Part shown: piece after piece, positions 1-10,152 of the stretch
How the letters are laid out: each line of letters begins with the position of its first letter
How positions within the stretch are numbered: position 1 is the stretch's first letter
Source of the DNA: Armatimonadota bacterium
GTDB lineage: Bacteria > Armatimonadota > HRBIN16
DNA length: 64,000 nt
Direction: 5' to 3'
Assembly (NCBI GenBank): GCA_963677485.1
Contig: OY781964.1
Location: 416,001 to 480,000, forward strand
Made by a program: the position numbers and the translations under genes
The notes under the pieces: generated by a model
Told to the model about the DNA's origin: nothing
Database searches by the model: none
What the model saw: only the letters and a program-made list of their open reading frames with translations

Positions 1-3000
1 ATGCGTTCAGGTCTACCAACGACGTCAGCTCAGACAGTGGAGATAGGTCAGTCAGCAGGTTATCGCTGACATTCAGCTTCTGCAGATTCTCAAACTGCGC
101 CAGATCGCCGATATCTGTAAGCTGTTGGCCCACTAGGTTCAGTTCCACAATCGACAGCACGTCTTCTCTGGTCACAATGTCCTTACCGAGTTGCTCTTGC
201 ACTACACGTAAAATGGTCGGATTCATACTGATCGATACCCCTTCATCCTTCAACGCGGTCGGCATGTCGTTGCCGAATACCTCCACCTCAGTCAGAGCAC
301 ACCAACCGACCGGCTCCGTCTGCACGAGGTTGTTGATCCGCACATAGCTAGTCTGTCGCTTGGCGAATTTGAACTCCTGAGCTGCCGCATCGGCCTTCAA
401 CGTGATCGGCACCCTGCTGCCATCCGAAAACTCCAGAACAGCGCTATCCCACACCTTGTCATGCGGGAAGTCGGCCCGCACGGTGATCCTCACGCTGTCC
501 ACCGACACACTTCGTCCGAACTCCACCTTCCACCAGCCGTCTTTCACCTGCTCAGGTCCCCAGCTTTGGAACGGCCAGTTGCCATGACCTGCATTCTGTG
601 TGAAGCCGTCAATGGCATTCCTGGCAGCAAATATCGGCTCATTGCGGCACTCGCTGTTGCTGCTGGCGTGAGGATAACTGCCCGAAACTCCGCGCACATC
701 GAAGGGGTTCAGGGCCAGATTTCGCCTGGCACTCACCTCTTGTTGTGTCGCCGCACGCGCCATGATGGTGTGCGCCGCCGCTTGTATCAGGCTGGGCGGA
801 TAGGCTTGAGCACTCCGCACCGGCAGCGGTACAACAACCACGCCTTCGGGGTTATAGACCAAACTCTCAGGCGCATCCTTTCCGAACCGAACCCAGATAA
901 ATTTCGGGCCGTAGATCAGCACCTGGTCACCAGGACGATAGGCATGACTGATGACAAGACTGCCAGGTTTGCTGTAGTCATCGATGGTTTGCAGGCCGGT
1001 TTGGTCGGCACTTAGATATTCGATCCGCACAGCATTGACGTCATTGATGGGCTTTTTACCGATCGAAAGCAGGGTGTCGGCGATGTTTCGCTGCTCCAGA
1101 GCCTCACCACGCATCCGCTTGGCCAGGAAGTGCATATATTTCTCGGTCTCATCGTCGTTCCAGGTATTGGCCTCAATGTAGTCGCCGCTGAAGGGCACCA
1201 GCAGATCGATCCAGCAAGCCAGCGTATCACGCTCATCCTGGGTGAGTTTGACACCCCCATGTCCTCGGTCCAGCTTGGCGAGCAGCTTGCTGGTCGCCGC
1301 ACCAGCCGAGTAAGGCGGCAGCATTGACGGAACGCTCTGAGGACTGATCCAGTTCACCAGTTCCGTAGACCGGCCTCTCTGCGTGAGTGCCATATAACTA
1401 TCGGTAAACCGCCGCACTTGGTCACCTTCTACGGGTAGCCCAAGCAGGCTGAACGGATGGCCCGACTTAGGGGGCTCTTTAATGGCATACAGCCCCACAT
1501 CGATATACTGCCCGCCGATGGTTTGATGGCAGCTCACAGCCAGCGTATTGGCGCCCTGCTTGAGGGCCGAGAAAGCATCGTTCACCGCAGCGACCGCCTT
1601 GTAGTTCGTGATGAATCCCTGAGCCGCAAAAATCTGCTTGCCGTTCAACACCACGCGCACATCTTCGTCAAAACTTAAATAGACCACTAGCCGCTTCATC
1701 TCATCCGATTTGTCCACGTTGAACTGACGCCGCATCCAAATGTCCGGAGTGTTCCACGGACTGCCCAGCCCGCTCTCGATATTGTTGGTGCCGAAGCCGG
1801 CCTTCGCTTTGGCCCATTTCGAAGCATCAAAGTTTTCGGCTTCCCAACCCGCACCGGGATTGTTGGTAGTATACGACCACTCCGAGCCAATCGTTGAAAG
1901 GCTGATGGCATTATTACGGTTGAAGTTATCGACCTCATCGGAATGCAATGCTGCTCCGCGGTTGTCATGACACCGTGTGCAGTTCCGGTCCATAATAGGT
2001 TGGACATCCTTGTTGAAGCTAAATCCATGAACGGGTCGGCGGAGGAATGGCTTCAACTTCTCCACCCCCTGCTTCATCGCCAGACTGCGTCCACTGTATC
2101 GAGCTGGTGCAGAGTTTTTGGATTCATGGCAGCCTGTGCAGGAGAACTTCTCTCCCGGCTGGAGGGTGGTCCAGCTGCGCATGGTCTGCACGACCTCGCC
2201 TTTGGCATCCACGGCCTGGAAGTAAACCGGCCTACGCGCGGGCACCTCGAACATGGCACTGCCATCCTCCTGCACGGTTGCCTCGCCCAGCACGATCTTC
2301 GGATCCCAACTGGTATTGTCCACCCCGATGGGCGTGCTCACCAGTGCACCGCCCGCGGGACCATTATTACTGTTACTCTTCACGCCCGCCGCGCGGTAGT
2401 CCAAAGCTACCACCCGCAGCTTCTTCACTGTGCCCCGCTTGATGTCCTTCAAACCAGGCCCTGAATAGACATCGTGGAGGTAGTAACTGCCCGTGGTCTT
2501 GGTGTAGTCTACGGCAGATGGCCTCACCAGAGGTGTTTTTCGCTTCATGACCGGAACCGGCTGATTGCTGGATATTGAAGCATCCCAACTTAGCAGCTCG
2601 CGGTTCCCGTTCACGTCCACTAGATAGATTCCATAAGCGTTAGGCGCCGGTGATGCCCAGCCCTTCGGCAGATAACTCACCAGGAAATGCTGATCGTCAA
2701 CCGCATAGGGGTATTGGAACAACTCGCCATCCTGACCATAGGCATCGATTCGGTCCGCAGGTGTGTTCCGCACCGGGGCTATGAGCTGCACCCCCTCATT
2801 TTCCTGCCGACCTTTTGCCGGATCGATAATCGCCAGCTTTCCACCCTGCCGCGAATGATGCCCGGTGAGTATTGCGATCACCTTGCCGCTGTCACCCAGG
2901 CCTCGGGCCTGGATGATGGTGGTGGGGAACCAGGAGTTGTTGCCGTAGTATTCGGTCTGCTCCGTACCATCAGCATTCATCTGGAACAGCGGCTGCGGGA

Positions 3001-3991
3001 AAAGCTGACCGCGGTCGTTGTATTCCCAGCGGGTGTAAGTAATTCGCCCATCAGGCAGCACGGAGGGGTAGTTATCGTGAACTTGGTCAAAGGTCAGCCG
3101 ACGCATCAGTTTCCCGTCTGCGTTACAAGTATAAAGGTTGCTGACTTCCGTCCACCAGCAATCCACCGTCTGCACCGCGCGTGAGCTATTGAATACAATG
3201 TCGCCGCTGGGCAGATAGGTCCCCTCATAGTCAGCAAATCCCAATCCGTCTGTCAGTTGCCGCATCTTACTGGAGCTCAGGTTCCATTCATAAAGGTGAT
3301 AATCGTCGGTCACATCGGACTGTTTCATAGAAAACAGCAGTTTGGTGCCGTCGTAGGAGATGTTCGGGTTTCGGATCACACCGCCCGTCTTGAACAGGGT
3401 TTGCTCTTTGCCATACAGACCATCCATCTTCAGTAGGCACAACTCGCCCCCAGGCATAAAGTTGCGTTCGGCTTGTGCGTCGGACTGTCCTTCGGTATAG
3501 GCGTAGTGCGAGCCACCCATGTTGTAGTGCTTCGCGAAGGCGATCGTAGTGATGCCGCCTTTTATCATGGGCATTAGCCGTTTGGCCCGACGCAGCTCAC
3601 ACGCCTTGATGTATAGGCTCAGGCGTTGCTCCGAGTTGGCGCACTTCGACAGTGCAGCGGAGATCGGCTTCGCCTCGCCGCCTAGCTGAGCGATCACCGA
3701 GACCATCATCGCCTGCTCAGTTTTGACACCATCGGAAGCACTCAGCAAGGCCTCCGGTATACCCTTCATATCCTGCATCACCCAGTCGCACAGAATCGGG
3801 TATCGGCCGGCCAGCCGGTTCCAGTCGGCTCCTGTCAGACGCATGGCCACTACGTCCTTGGGCCAGGCGATTTTCTGGGCGGCCATGCTCATTGGTGCAG
3901 ATTGGGCTATCGCCTGCAGTGCTAACAGAGTTAATAATGCCGCGAGCCAAAAGGCGGTTATGGGATTATGATTTTTATGAAAGTGGCGCAA
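1..3991 (-). CDS. Secreted hydrazine synthase alpha (HzsA)-like beta-propeller protein with two CxxCH motifs, carbohydrate-binding/discoidin-like domains and C-terminal LRRs (3'-partial, >1330 aa)
   Basis: Translated by hand; absent from the ORF track because no stop lies inside the window. TTG start at 3991 after a GGAGG RBS; signal peptide MRHFHKNHNPITAFWLAALLTLLALQAIA. TolB-like repeats (NPNISYDG, YPSVLPDGRITYTRWEY), HzsA-type segment VPARRPVYFQAVDAKGEVVQTMRSW, CTGCH (2126-2140), CTRCH (1967-1981), F5/8-like AIDG...WWKVEFG, LRR LQKLNVSDNLLTDLSPLSEL. Confidence 0.85.
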   Translation of the reverse strand, partial: MRHFHKNHNPITAFWLAALLTLLALQAIAQSAPMSMAAQKIAWPKDVVAMRLTGADWNRLAGRYPILCDWVMQDMKGIPEALLSASDGVKTEQAMMVSVIAQLGGEAKPISAALSKCANSEQRLSLYIKACELRRAKRLMPMIKGGITTIAFAKHYNMGGSHYAYTEGQSDAQAERNFMPGGELCLLKMDGLYGKEQTLFKTGGVIRNPNISYDGTKLLFSMKQSDVTDDYHLYEWNLSSSKMRQLTDGLGFADYEGTYLPSGDIVFNSSRAVQTVDCWWTEVSNLYTCNADGKLMRRLTFDQVHDNYPSVLPDGRITYTRWEYNDRGQLFPQPLFQMNADGTEQTEYYGNNSWFPTTIIQARGLGDSGKVIAILTGHHSRQGGKLAIIDPAKGRQENEGVQLIAPVRNTPADRIDAYGQDGELFQYPYAVDDQHFLVSYLPKGWASPAPNAYGIYLVDVNGNRELLSWDASISSNQPVPVMKRKTPLVRPSAVDYTKTTGSYYLHDVYSGPGLKDIKRGTVKKLRVVALDYRAAGVKSNSNNGPAGGALVSTPIGVDNTSWDPKIVLGEATVQEDGSAMFEVPARRPVYFQAVDAKGEVVQTMRSWTTLQPGEKFSCTGCHESKNSAPARYSGRSLAMKQGVEKLKPFLRRPVHGFSFNKDVQPIMDRNCTRCHDNRGAALHSDEVDNFNRNNAISLSTIGSEWSYTTNNPGAGWEAENFDASKWAKAKAGFGTNNIESGLGSPWNTPDIWMRRQFNVDKSDEMKRLVVYLSFDEDVRVVLNGKQIFAAQGFITNYKAVAAVNDAFSALKQGANTLAVSCHQTIGGQYIDVGLYAIKEPPKSGHPFSLLGLPVEGDQVRRFTDSYMALTQRGRSTELVNWISPQSVPSMLPPYSAGAATSKLLAKLDRGHGGVKLTQDERDTLACWIDLLVPFSGDYIEANTWNDDETEKYMHFLAKRMRGEALEQRNIADTLLSIGKKPINDVNAVRIEYLSADQTGLQTIDDYSKPGSLVISHAYRPGDQVLIYGPKFIWVRFGKDAPESLVYNPEGVVVVPLPVRSAQAYPPSLIQAAAHTIMARAATQQEVSARRNLALNPFDVRGVSGSYPHASSNSECRNEPIFAARNAIDGFTQNAGHGNWPFQSWGPEQVKDGWWKVEFGRSVSVDSVRITVRADFPHDKVWDSAVLEFSDGSRVPITLKADAAAQEFKFAKRQTSYVRINNLVQTEPVGWCALTEVEVFGNDMPTALKDEGVSISMNPTILRVVQEQLGKDIVTREDVLSIVELNLVGQQLTDIGDLAQFENLQKLNVSDNLLTDLSPLSELTSLVDLNA

Positions 3992-4127
3992 GTTGTGAAG
4001 GCCTCCAGCGGATGATGGGCAAATATGCCTAACAGACTATTCTGCGTGAGACCTTGGTTATCCTGCATGGGGATCGGAAACATCGAGGCAAAGGTATGTA
4101 GTTCCACGCCATATTCATCTAGCGTTG

Positions 4128-4288
4128 CCTAAGTCCGGGGCGGTCTTGCCCGACGTTAGCGGCTGCAGAAAGCATAAGACCGCGCCGGTCTGGCGGACAG
4201 CCATAGAGATTGGTGTCGGGAACAAGACCGGCGCGGTCAATAGTCAGCAGGCTTTATGGGCGTACTGACAGACCGCCCCGGACATAGG
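4128..4288. repeat. REPIN/BIME-like nested palindromic element, copy 1
   Basis: Ends CCTAAGTCCGGGGCGGTCT and AGACCGCCCCGGACATAGG are inverted repeats; inner pair AGACCGCGCCGGTCT / AGACCGGCGCGGTC. Homologous, in opposite orientation, to 49125-49287. Confidence 0.85.
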
Positions 4289-4292
4289 AAAT

Positions 4293-5690
4293 CTACGACA
4301 CGATCCCGCCTTCGGTCATCGGGCGAGGATCCAGCAGCCTGTCCAGTTCTTCAGCCGTCAGCTCGGTATCCTCCAGCGCCACATCCTTCAGGCTCCGGCC
4401 CTCCGCATAAGCGCGTTTGGCCAGCTTGGCGGCTTTGTCGTAGCCGATCACCGGGTTGAGAGCGGTGACCAAGATAGGATTTTTGCCCACTAGGTCGGTG
4501 ATGCGTGCCTCATTTACGGTGAAGCCTGCGATCGCCTTATCGGCCAGCACCACAGCCACCTTGCCCAGGATGTCGATGCTGTTCAGCAGATTATGGGCGA
4601 TCAATGGCAGCATCACATTTAGCTGGAAGTTACCCAGCAGATTTCCCACTTGAACGGATGCGTTGTTGCCGATCACCTGGCCACAAACCATCATGGTGGC
4701 TTCGCAGATCACAGGGTTGACCTTGCCTGGCATGATGGAGCTGCCGGGCTGCAGGTTGGGCAGCGCGATCTCGCCGATACCAGCAATCGGGCCGCTGTTC
4801 ATCCAGCGAAGGTCATTCGCGATCTTCAATAGCGCGGTGGCACTGGTAGCCAGTTGGCCGCTCAGCTCCGTGGCGCTGTCCATCGAGCTTTGGTATGCAA
4901 AGTGGTTGCTGGCTTCTGCAAACGGCAATCCCGTCAACACAGCCAGCTTCGCAGCGAATCCGGCGGCAAAGCCCGGAATGGCGTTGATACCAGTGCCCAC
5001 CGCGGTGCCGCCAAGGGCCAGCATACACACCCGCGGCAGCGTCTCTTTGATCCGCTGCACACTCTGATCCATCTGGTAAGCCCATCCACCGATCTCCTGG
5101 CTCATACGCACCGGCATGGCATCCATCAGGTGTGTGCGGCCGGTTTTGGTCACACCGTCCAGCTCAGATGCGCGCTTCTTCATCACTTCGCTCAGGTGGC
5201 TCAACCCAGGAAGCAGCACTTCGGAAGCCTCGATTGCGGCGGCCACATGGATTGCGGTGGGGATCACGTCGTTCGAACTCTGGCCCATGTTCACATGGTC
5301 GTTGGGATGCACCAGTTTGCTGCCGAACTCGCCGCCCATCAATTGCGTGGCGCGGTTTGCGATGACCTCATTGGTGTTCATGTTGGTGGAGGTGCCAGAT
5401 CCGGTCTGGTAGATGTCAATCGGGAACTGGCCGTCCAGCTTGCCGTCGATCACCTCTTGAGCGGCTTTCATGATCGCCTCAGCCTTATCGGCAGGCAGAC
5501 CGCCCATGTCGGCATTGGTAGCAGCGGCACAGTATTTAACCAGTCCGAGTGCCTTGATGAAGGAGCGCGAGAACTTGATCCCACTGATGGGGAAGTTGTC
5601 TACTGCTCGCTGTGTTTGGGCGGCATAAAGCACATCGGCAGGAACCTGCACCTCACCCATCGAGTCTTTTTCAATACGGAAATCGGCCAT
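4293..5690 (-). CDS. fumC: Class II fumarate hydratase
   Basis: FRIEKDSMGEV, QTGSGTSTNMN, KTGRTHLMDA and GSSIMPGKVNP signatures. Confidence 0.93.
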   Translation of the reverse strand: MADFRIEKDSMGEVQVPADVLYAAQTQRAVDNFPISGIKFSRSFIKALGLVKYCAAATNADMGGLPADKAEAIMKAAQEVIDGKLDGQFPIDIYQTGSGTSTNMNTNEVIANRATQLMGGEFGSKLVHPNDHVNMGQSSNDVIPTAIHVAAAIEASEVLLPGLSHLSEVMKKRASELDGVTKTGRTHLMDAMPVRMSQEIGGWAYQMDQSVQRIKETLPRVCMLALGGTAVGTGINAIPGFAAGFAAKLAVLTGLPFAEASNHFAYQSSMDSATELSGQLATSATALLKIANDLRWMNSGPIAGIGEIALPNLQPGSSIMPGKVNPVICEATMMVCGQVIGNNASVQVGNLLGNFQLNVMLPLIAHNLLNSIDILGKVAVVLADKAIAGFTVNEARITDLVGKNPILVTALNPVIGYDKAAKLAKRAYAEGRSLKDVALEDTELTAEELDRLLDPRPMTEGGIVS

Positions 5691-5847
5691 TATATGGAAT
5701 ACCTCTTATCATCGTGTTCATATGTCCGACGCATGTGCCCGTTTGGCTGATCACGTCGTCCACGATTCTATTGTATCCCAACGGCTGTTGGCGGTGAGTC
5801 ACTGAAGCACCTGGCAGCTTACGCATGAAGTCTGCTATGTAAAATTC

Positions 5848-8800
5848 TTATGCTGACGATCCGTGGAGAGCCTGCCGTATCATTTCAGATAACCCACTCA
5901 TTGTAAACGGCTTTTGGATGAACGAAACACCATCTTCCAGCTTTCCGTGGTGGGCGATCACATCGGAAGTATACCCTGACATAAACATGCGTTTGACGCG
6001 AGGATACTGTAGCTTGATGTGCCCAGCTAGATCGCGTCCGTTCATCTCCGGCATCACGACATCCGTCAACAACAAGTCGATTTTGCCTGTGTAGGCCGCC
6101 GCTGCTTCAATGGCTTTCAGTGGGGATTGTGCCGCGACCACGGTGTATCCCAGCCGCTCAAGCATGATCCGTGTCATACGCAAAATGCTAGGCTCATCTT
6201 CCACGAGCAGGATGGTCTCATGGCCACCGATAATCTGCTCATGTTGATCACCGTTGCCAGAAACCACATCATCACCCGCATATCGTGGCAAATAGATCGT
6301 AAAAGTGGTGCCCTGCCCCAGTTTACTCTTAACCTCGATGAGCCCGCCGTTTTGTTTGACCGCACCGTATACCGTTGAAAGGCCCAGGCCAGTTCCCTCC
6401 CCCACGCCCTTTGTGGTAAAAAATGGCTCGAATACACGTTCGATTGTTGGCTTGTCCATGCCCTGACCTGTATCGGTTACCGACAACCAGACATAGTCAC
6501 CCGGTGATAAGCCTGAATGCAGCGGGCTATTGCTCTCGTCGATCGTGCTGATGCCAGTCTTGATTGTGATGGTGCCCACATCCGTGATGGCATCACGTGC
6601 ATTCACACATAGATTAGCCAGTATTTGGTCTATCTGTGACGGATCTGCTTTCACGAACCAAAGGTGAGGATATGGTAAAAACTGGAGTGTTACCGATTCG
6701 CCTACAAGCCGCTCCAGCATCTTCGACATATTCGCGATGGTCACATTGAGATCCAGCACTTTGGGTTGTATCGTCTGCTTCCGTGCGAAAGCCAGTAACT
6801 GGCGCGTTAGATCTGCAGAACGGTTAGCCGCTGACCGGATTTCGGCCAGGTCATCATATAGTGGATGGCTGGGGTATAACTGCTCAATGGCCATCTGTGT
6901 ATGACCCAATATGACCCCCAGCATGTTATTGAAGTCGTGCGCAACCCCGCCAGCCAGTCTTCCAACAGATTCCATCTTTAGAGCATGGCTTAGTTTCTCT
7001 TCTAGTTTCGTCTTTTCTTCTTCAGACTTTTTCCGTGCGGTCACATCGGAGATGAGTGATGCAAACTGGCCGACTGCAGGCTGGAATGCGGTCACCTCAA
7101 AATACTTATCAAGAGCCGCTGAGTAGTTTTCAAATGTGATTGGTTCGCCTGTTAAAGCTACCTGTCCGTATGTATCTATCCAGTATTGTTCCACAGTGGG
7201 TACCACATCCAGCACGGTCCTGCCGATGATTTGACCAGCGTTAAAGCCTGTTAAGCGTTCGTATGCTGGATTGACTGCGATGAAGCGGTAGTCGACAGGC
7301 TTTCCAGATTCATTACAGATGATCTCGTGCAGTGCCAAACCTGTCTGCATCTGCTGGAACAACGTCTTGTAGTCTTCTTCTGCCCGTCGTTGAGCAGTAA
7401 TGTCGCGGTTTAGTGACAGCACCGACCGGACCTGGCCTTCTGCATCAAACTCTGGCACCAGTCTGCAATTATAAACATGAGTGCTATTGTGATTCTCAAA
7501 CACGAACTCTGTCTCAAATGGGGAGCCATTTACAAAAACGCGATCAATAGCGCTTTCCCAGAACGAACACTGTTCAGCTAGAAACCCCATTTCTCTGGGT
7601 GTTTTACCAATGAAAGCCGATACAGGCAGATGAACTGAGGTCGTGATATTGTTTGATATATATAGGTGTCGGCATTGTCTGTCAAACCTGATAACAATAT
7701 CGGGTAAACCCTCGACTAATACCCTGTGTGAAGCTTCACTTTCACGCAAGGCCTCTTCCACTCGCTTTCGTTCCGATATATCACGTATTGTGACCAACAC
7801 ACGAGCCTGTCCGCCTATCTCGGAACTTCGAATGGTGATATCGGACCAGAAAAGCTCGCCGGATTTCTTCCGTGACAGCCACTCAAAGGATGGTGTTTTA
7901 CCCGACAGCGCCTGTTGTATATACGGCGTGACATCAGCTTGTGTATAATTCGGAGTTCCTGCACTCAATGAGCCGCTCTCAAGAGAACAAGCCTCAGCCT
8001 TCGATGCATACCCAAACAACTCCAGCATCGGTTGATTCACATCAACAATCGCCCAGGTCTCAGCATCACGGATTAGTATCGCATCGGCGGTGGCGTTAAA
8101 TATCTCACGGTATTTACGTTCACTCTCCTGCAGGGCATCTTCTACCCTCTTCTGCTCGGTGATATCCTGGGCATAGCCCGACAGCGAGACCACCGCGCCG
8201 TTCTCGTCTTTGACACACTCTCCGCCTTCCGCCCGAATCACATGCACCGAATGATCAGGCCAGATCACACGGAAGATTGCGGGTGCTGTCAAACCTGTCG
8301 CAATGACCGCCTCGTTCGCACTTGCCACGATGTTGCGATCGTCAGGATGTACCGACCGGTTAATCACATCAGCTAGATCACCCGAAAAACTCTCTTTGCT
8401 CAGCCCATGCACATGATACATACCTTCAGACCAATCCAGCTTGTTCGTCTTTGGATACCATGTCCAGCTACCCATCTTGGCGACCTTCTGAGCTTGATTC
8501 AAGTTCGCTTCAGATCGGACTAAAGCAGATTCAGCCCTGTTACGAGCTGTTAAATCAAGACCATAGGCATAGTTGATGTCACCCAGTGTGATGTATCCCC
8601 ACAAGACATCACGGGTGGTGCCGTCCCTGCAGGTCACCACCGCCTTCATAGGTTCTATCGGCTGCTGGGTGTTGATCGCCTTTTCTACACGCCTGTTCCA
8701 CTCATCGGCCATAGACTGCCGGTAATCAGGGTCCGGGTAAGCCAGCGGCCACCACTCCGCGGTTGACGGGATGTCTTCTTGTGTGTATCCAAACATAGCC

Positions 8801-9966
8801 ACCATTGTCGGGTTGACATACTGGGTCACCTGCTCCAAACCAGTTGTGACATAGATTGCTAGGGGTACGGTGTCAACCACGGCTCGAAGTTGCTTTTCGC
8901 TCCGTTTCAATGCCTCGTCTTGAAGCTTATGGGCAGTGATATCCTGCACAGTACCCATTAAACGAACCGGGCGACCCTGCTCATCTTTTTCCGTGCGTCC
9001 GATTTCGTTCACCCAGATAACGCGACCATCAGCCAACAATACACGGTGTTCGATCTCATAGTGGCTTTGGTTCTCAAGTGATTGTCGATACACAGTGTCC
9101 ACACTACTTCTGTCATCTGGGTGTACGAGCTGCAAAAATTGATCATATGTAGCAGTAAAACTCGCAGGGTCCTTTTCCAATATTGCGTATATGCCTGGTG
9201 ACCATGTAAGCTCACCGGATGGTATGTCCAACTCCCAGCGGCCCATGCGTGCGGTATCTTGCGCGTCTTGCAGTTTCGCTTCGCTTTCAATCAACTGACG
9301 CGTCACATCACGCTGTTCAGCGAGTGCCTGCATCAGATGCACTTTGTGATAGCTGATTGAGGCAATGAAGTCGGCGAGCAAAGCGTAGAATGACATTGCC
9401 GCTTCCATTGTTTCATGGCTCCAACGCGGTACACGCTCTAGCGCGGCAAGGTATTCCTGCTCATCAAACCCGTATTTTTTTGCCTGCTGTCGGAACAGAT
9501 TATAATCCAACTCTTCATTTTCAAAGAAGAACTGACTAATGAACACATTGCCGATATGCCTGCCATCAGCCACAATGGGCGTCATCATATCCCACATGTT
9601 GTTTTCGCATCGGTACGATTTGAACTCACCCACACGAACGCCTGAAGATAAGTTGACATCGCTGGTCAGGCAGTGACAGCTCGTCTCAGGGCAGACTCTG
9701 TGGAATTTGGTGCAGATGTCCTGCCAGCCCACTTTCACTAGCACATTGCCATCAATGTCCAGTATGCCAATGCCGATATGGGTAAGACGATAGAACTGTT
9801 CCATCATCATCTGGAGGGCTGAGCAATCCACGATGTCGCTTAGGCCAAGTATCTTCTCGCCTATCTGGAGGGTATTCAACAAACTAGAGGCGTGTGGAAG
9901 TGCCGACCCATCAGTGTTAATGTTCGGGTCGGAGTCCGATAGCTCATGGTCGTCATTTATAGCCAT
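5848..9966 (-). CDS. Cytoplasmic hybrid sensor histidine kinase: PocR ligand-binding domain, multiple PAS/PAC, HisKA, HATPase, REC
   Basis: PocR motif GWQDICTKFHR...YRC; H-box GGVAHDFNNML; FEPFFTTK...GTGLGLS; REC LLVEDE/DVVMP. ATG at 9966 follows GGAGG (ORF track starts at 10026). Confidence 0.9.
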   Translation of the reverse strand: MAINDDHELSDSDPNINTDGSALPHASSLLNTLQIGEKILGLSDIVDCSALQMMMEQFYRLTHIGIGILDIDGNVLVKVGWQDICTKFHRVCPETSCHCLTSDVNLSSGVRVGEFKSYRCENNMWDMMTPIVADGRHIGNVFISQFFFENEELDYNLFRQQAKKYGFDEQEYLAALERVPRWSHETMEAAMSFYALLADFIASISYHKVHLMQALAEQRDVTRQLIESEAKLQDAQDTARMGRWELDIPSGELTWSPGIYAILEKDPASFTATYDQFLQLVHPDDRSSVDTVYRQSLENQSHYEIEHRVLLADGRVIWVNEIGRTEKDEQGRPVRLMGTVQDITAHKLQDEALKRSEKQLRAVVDTVPLAIYVTTGLEQVTQYVNPTMVAMFGYTQEDIPSTAEWWPLAYPDPDYRQSMADEWNRRVEKAINTQQPIEPMKAVVTCRDGTTRDVLWGYITLGDINYAYGLDLTARNRAESALVRSEANLNQAQKVAKMGSWTWYPKTNKLDWSEGMYHVHGLSKESFSGDLADVINRSVHPDDRNIVASANEAVIATGLTAPAIFRVIWPDHSVHVIRAEGGECVKDENGAVVSLSGYAQDITEQKRVEDALQESERKYREIFNATADAILIRDAETWAIVDVNQPMLELFGYASKAEACSLESGSLSAGTPNYTQADVTPYIQQALSGKTPSFEWLSRKKSGELFWSDITIRSSEIGGQARVLVTIRDISERKRVEEALRESEASHRVLVEGLPDIVIRFDRQCRHLYISNNITTSVHLPVSAFIGKTPREMGFLAEQCSFWESAIDRVFVNGSPFETEFVFENHNSTHVYNCRLVPEFDAEGQVRSVLSLNRDITAQRRAEEDYKTLFQQMQTGLALHEIICNESGKPVDYRFIAVNPAYERLTGFNAGQIIGRTVLDVVPTVEQYWIDTYGQVALTGEPITFENYSAALDKYFEVTAFQPAVGQFASLISDVTARKKSEEEKTKLEEKLSHALKMESVGRLAGGVAHDFNNMLGVILGHTQMAIEQLYPSHPLYDDLAEIRSAANRSADLTRQLLAFARKQTIQPKVLDLNVTIANMSKMLERLVGESVTLQFLPYPHLWFVKADPSQIDQILANLCVNARDAITDVGTITIKTGISTIDESNSPLHSGLSPGDYVWLSVTDTGQGMDKPTIERVFEPFFTTKGVGEGTGLGLSTVYGAVKQNGGLIEVKSKLGQGTTFTIYLPRYAGDDVVSGNGDQHEQIIGGHETILLVEDEPSILRMTRIMLERLGYTVVAAQSPLKAIEAAAAYTGKIDLLLTDVVMPEMNGRDLAGHIKLQYPRVKRMFMSGYTSDVIAHHGKLEDGVSFIQKPFTMSGLSEMIRQALHGSSA

Positions 9967-10152
9967 ACGATCCTCCATCTGTCTAATATCGGTATGTATA
10001 AGTTCATGAACCTTGACCCGTGTCAAATAAGCTCGCTATTGTACACACTTTACCCTGTATGGATGCCTTTGTATACATCACACCGAAAATCAGCCGGTGA
10101 TCACCTGTATCATGACTAAAATCTATCTACCAATCGGTGATGGACTGCTTGT

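Noticed and set aside
402-3971. Short ORFs listed in the track across 0.4-4 kb
   Set aside because: They are shadows of the long minus-strand CDS that runs off the window edge.
1-3991. Anammox hydrazine synthase
   Set aside because: No hzsB/hzsC or other anammox genes nearby; extra glycan-binding-like and LRR domains indicate a distant HzsA-like protein.
4854-5750. Long antisense ORFs (also 21742..22662, 45861..46604, 52072..52968)
   Set aside because: They lie opposite well-supported genes, have no motifs, and are expected at this GC content.
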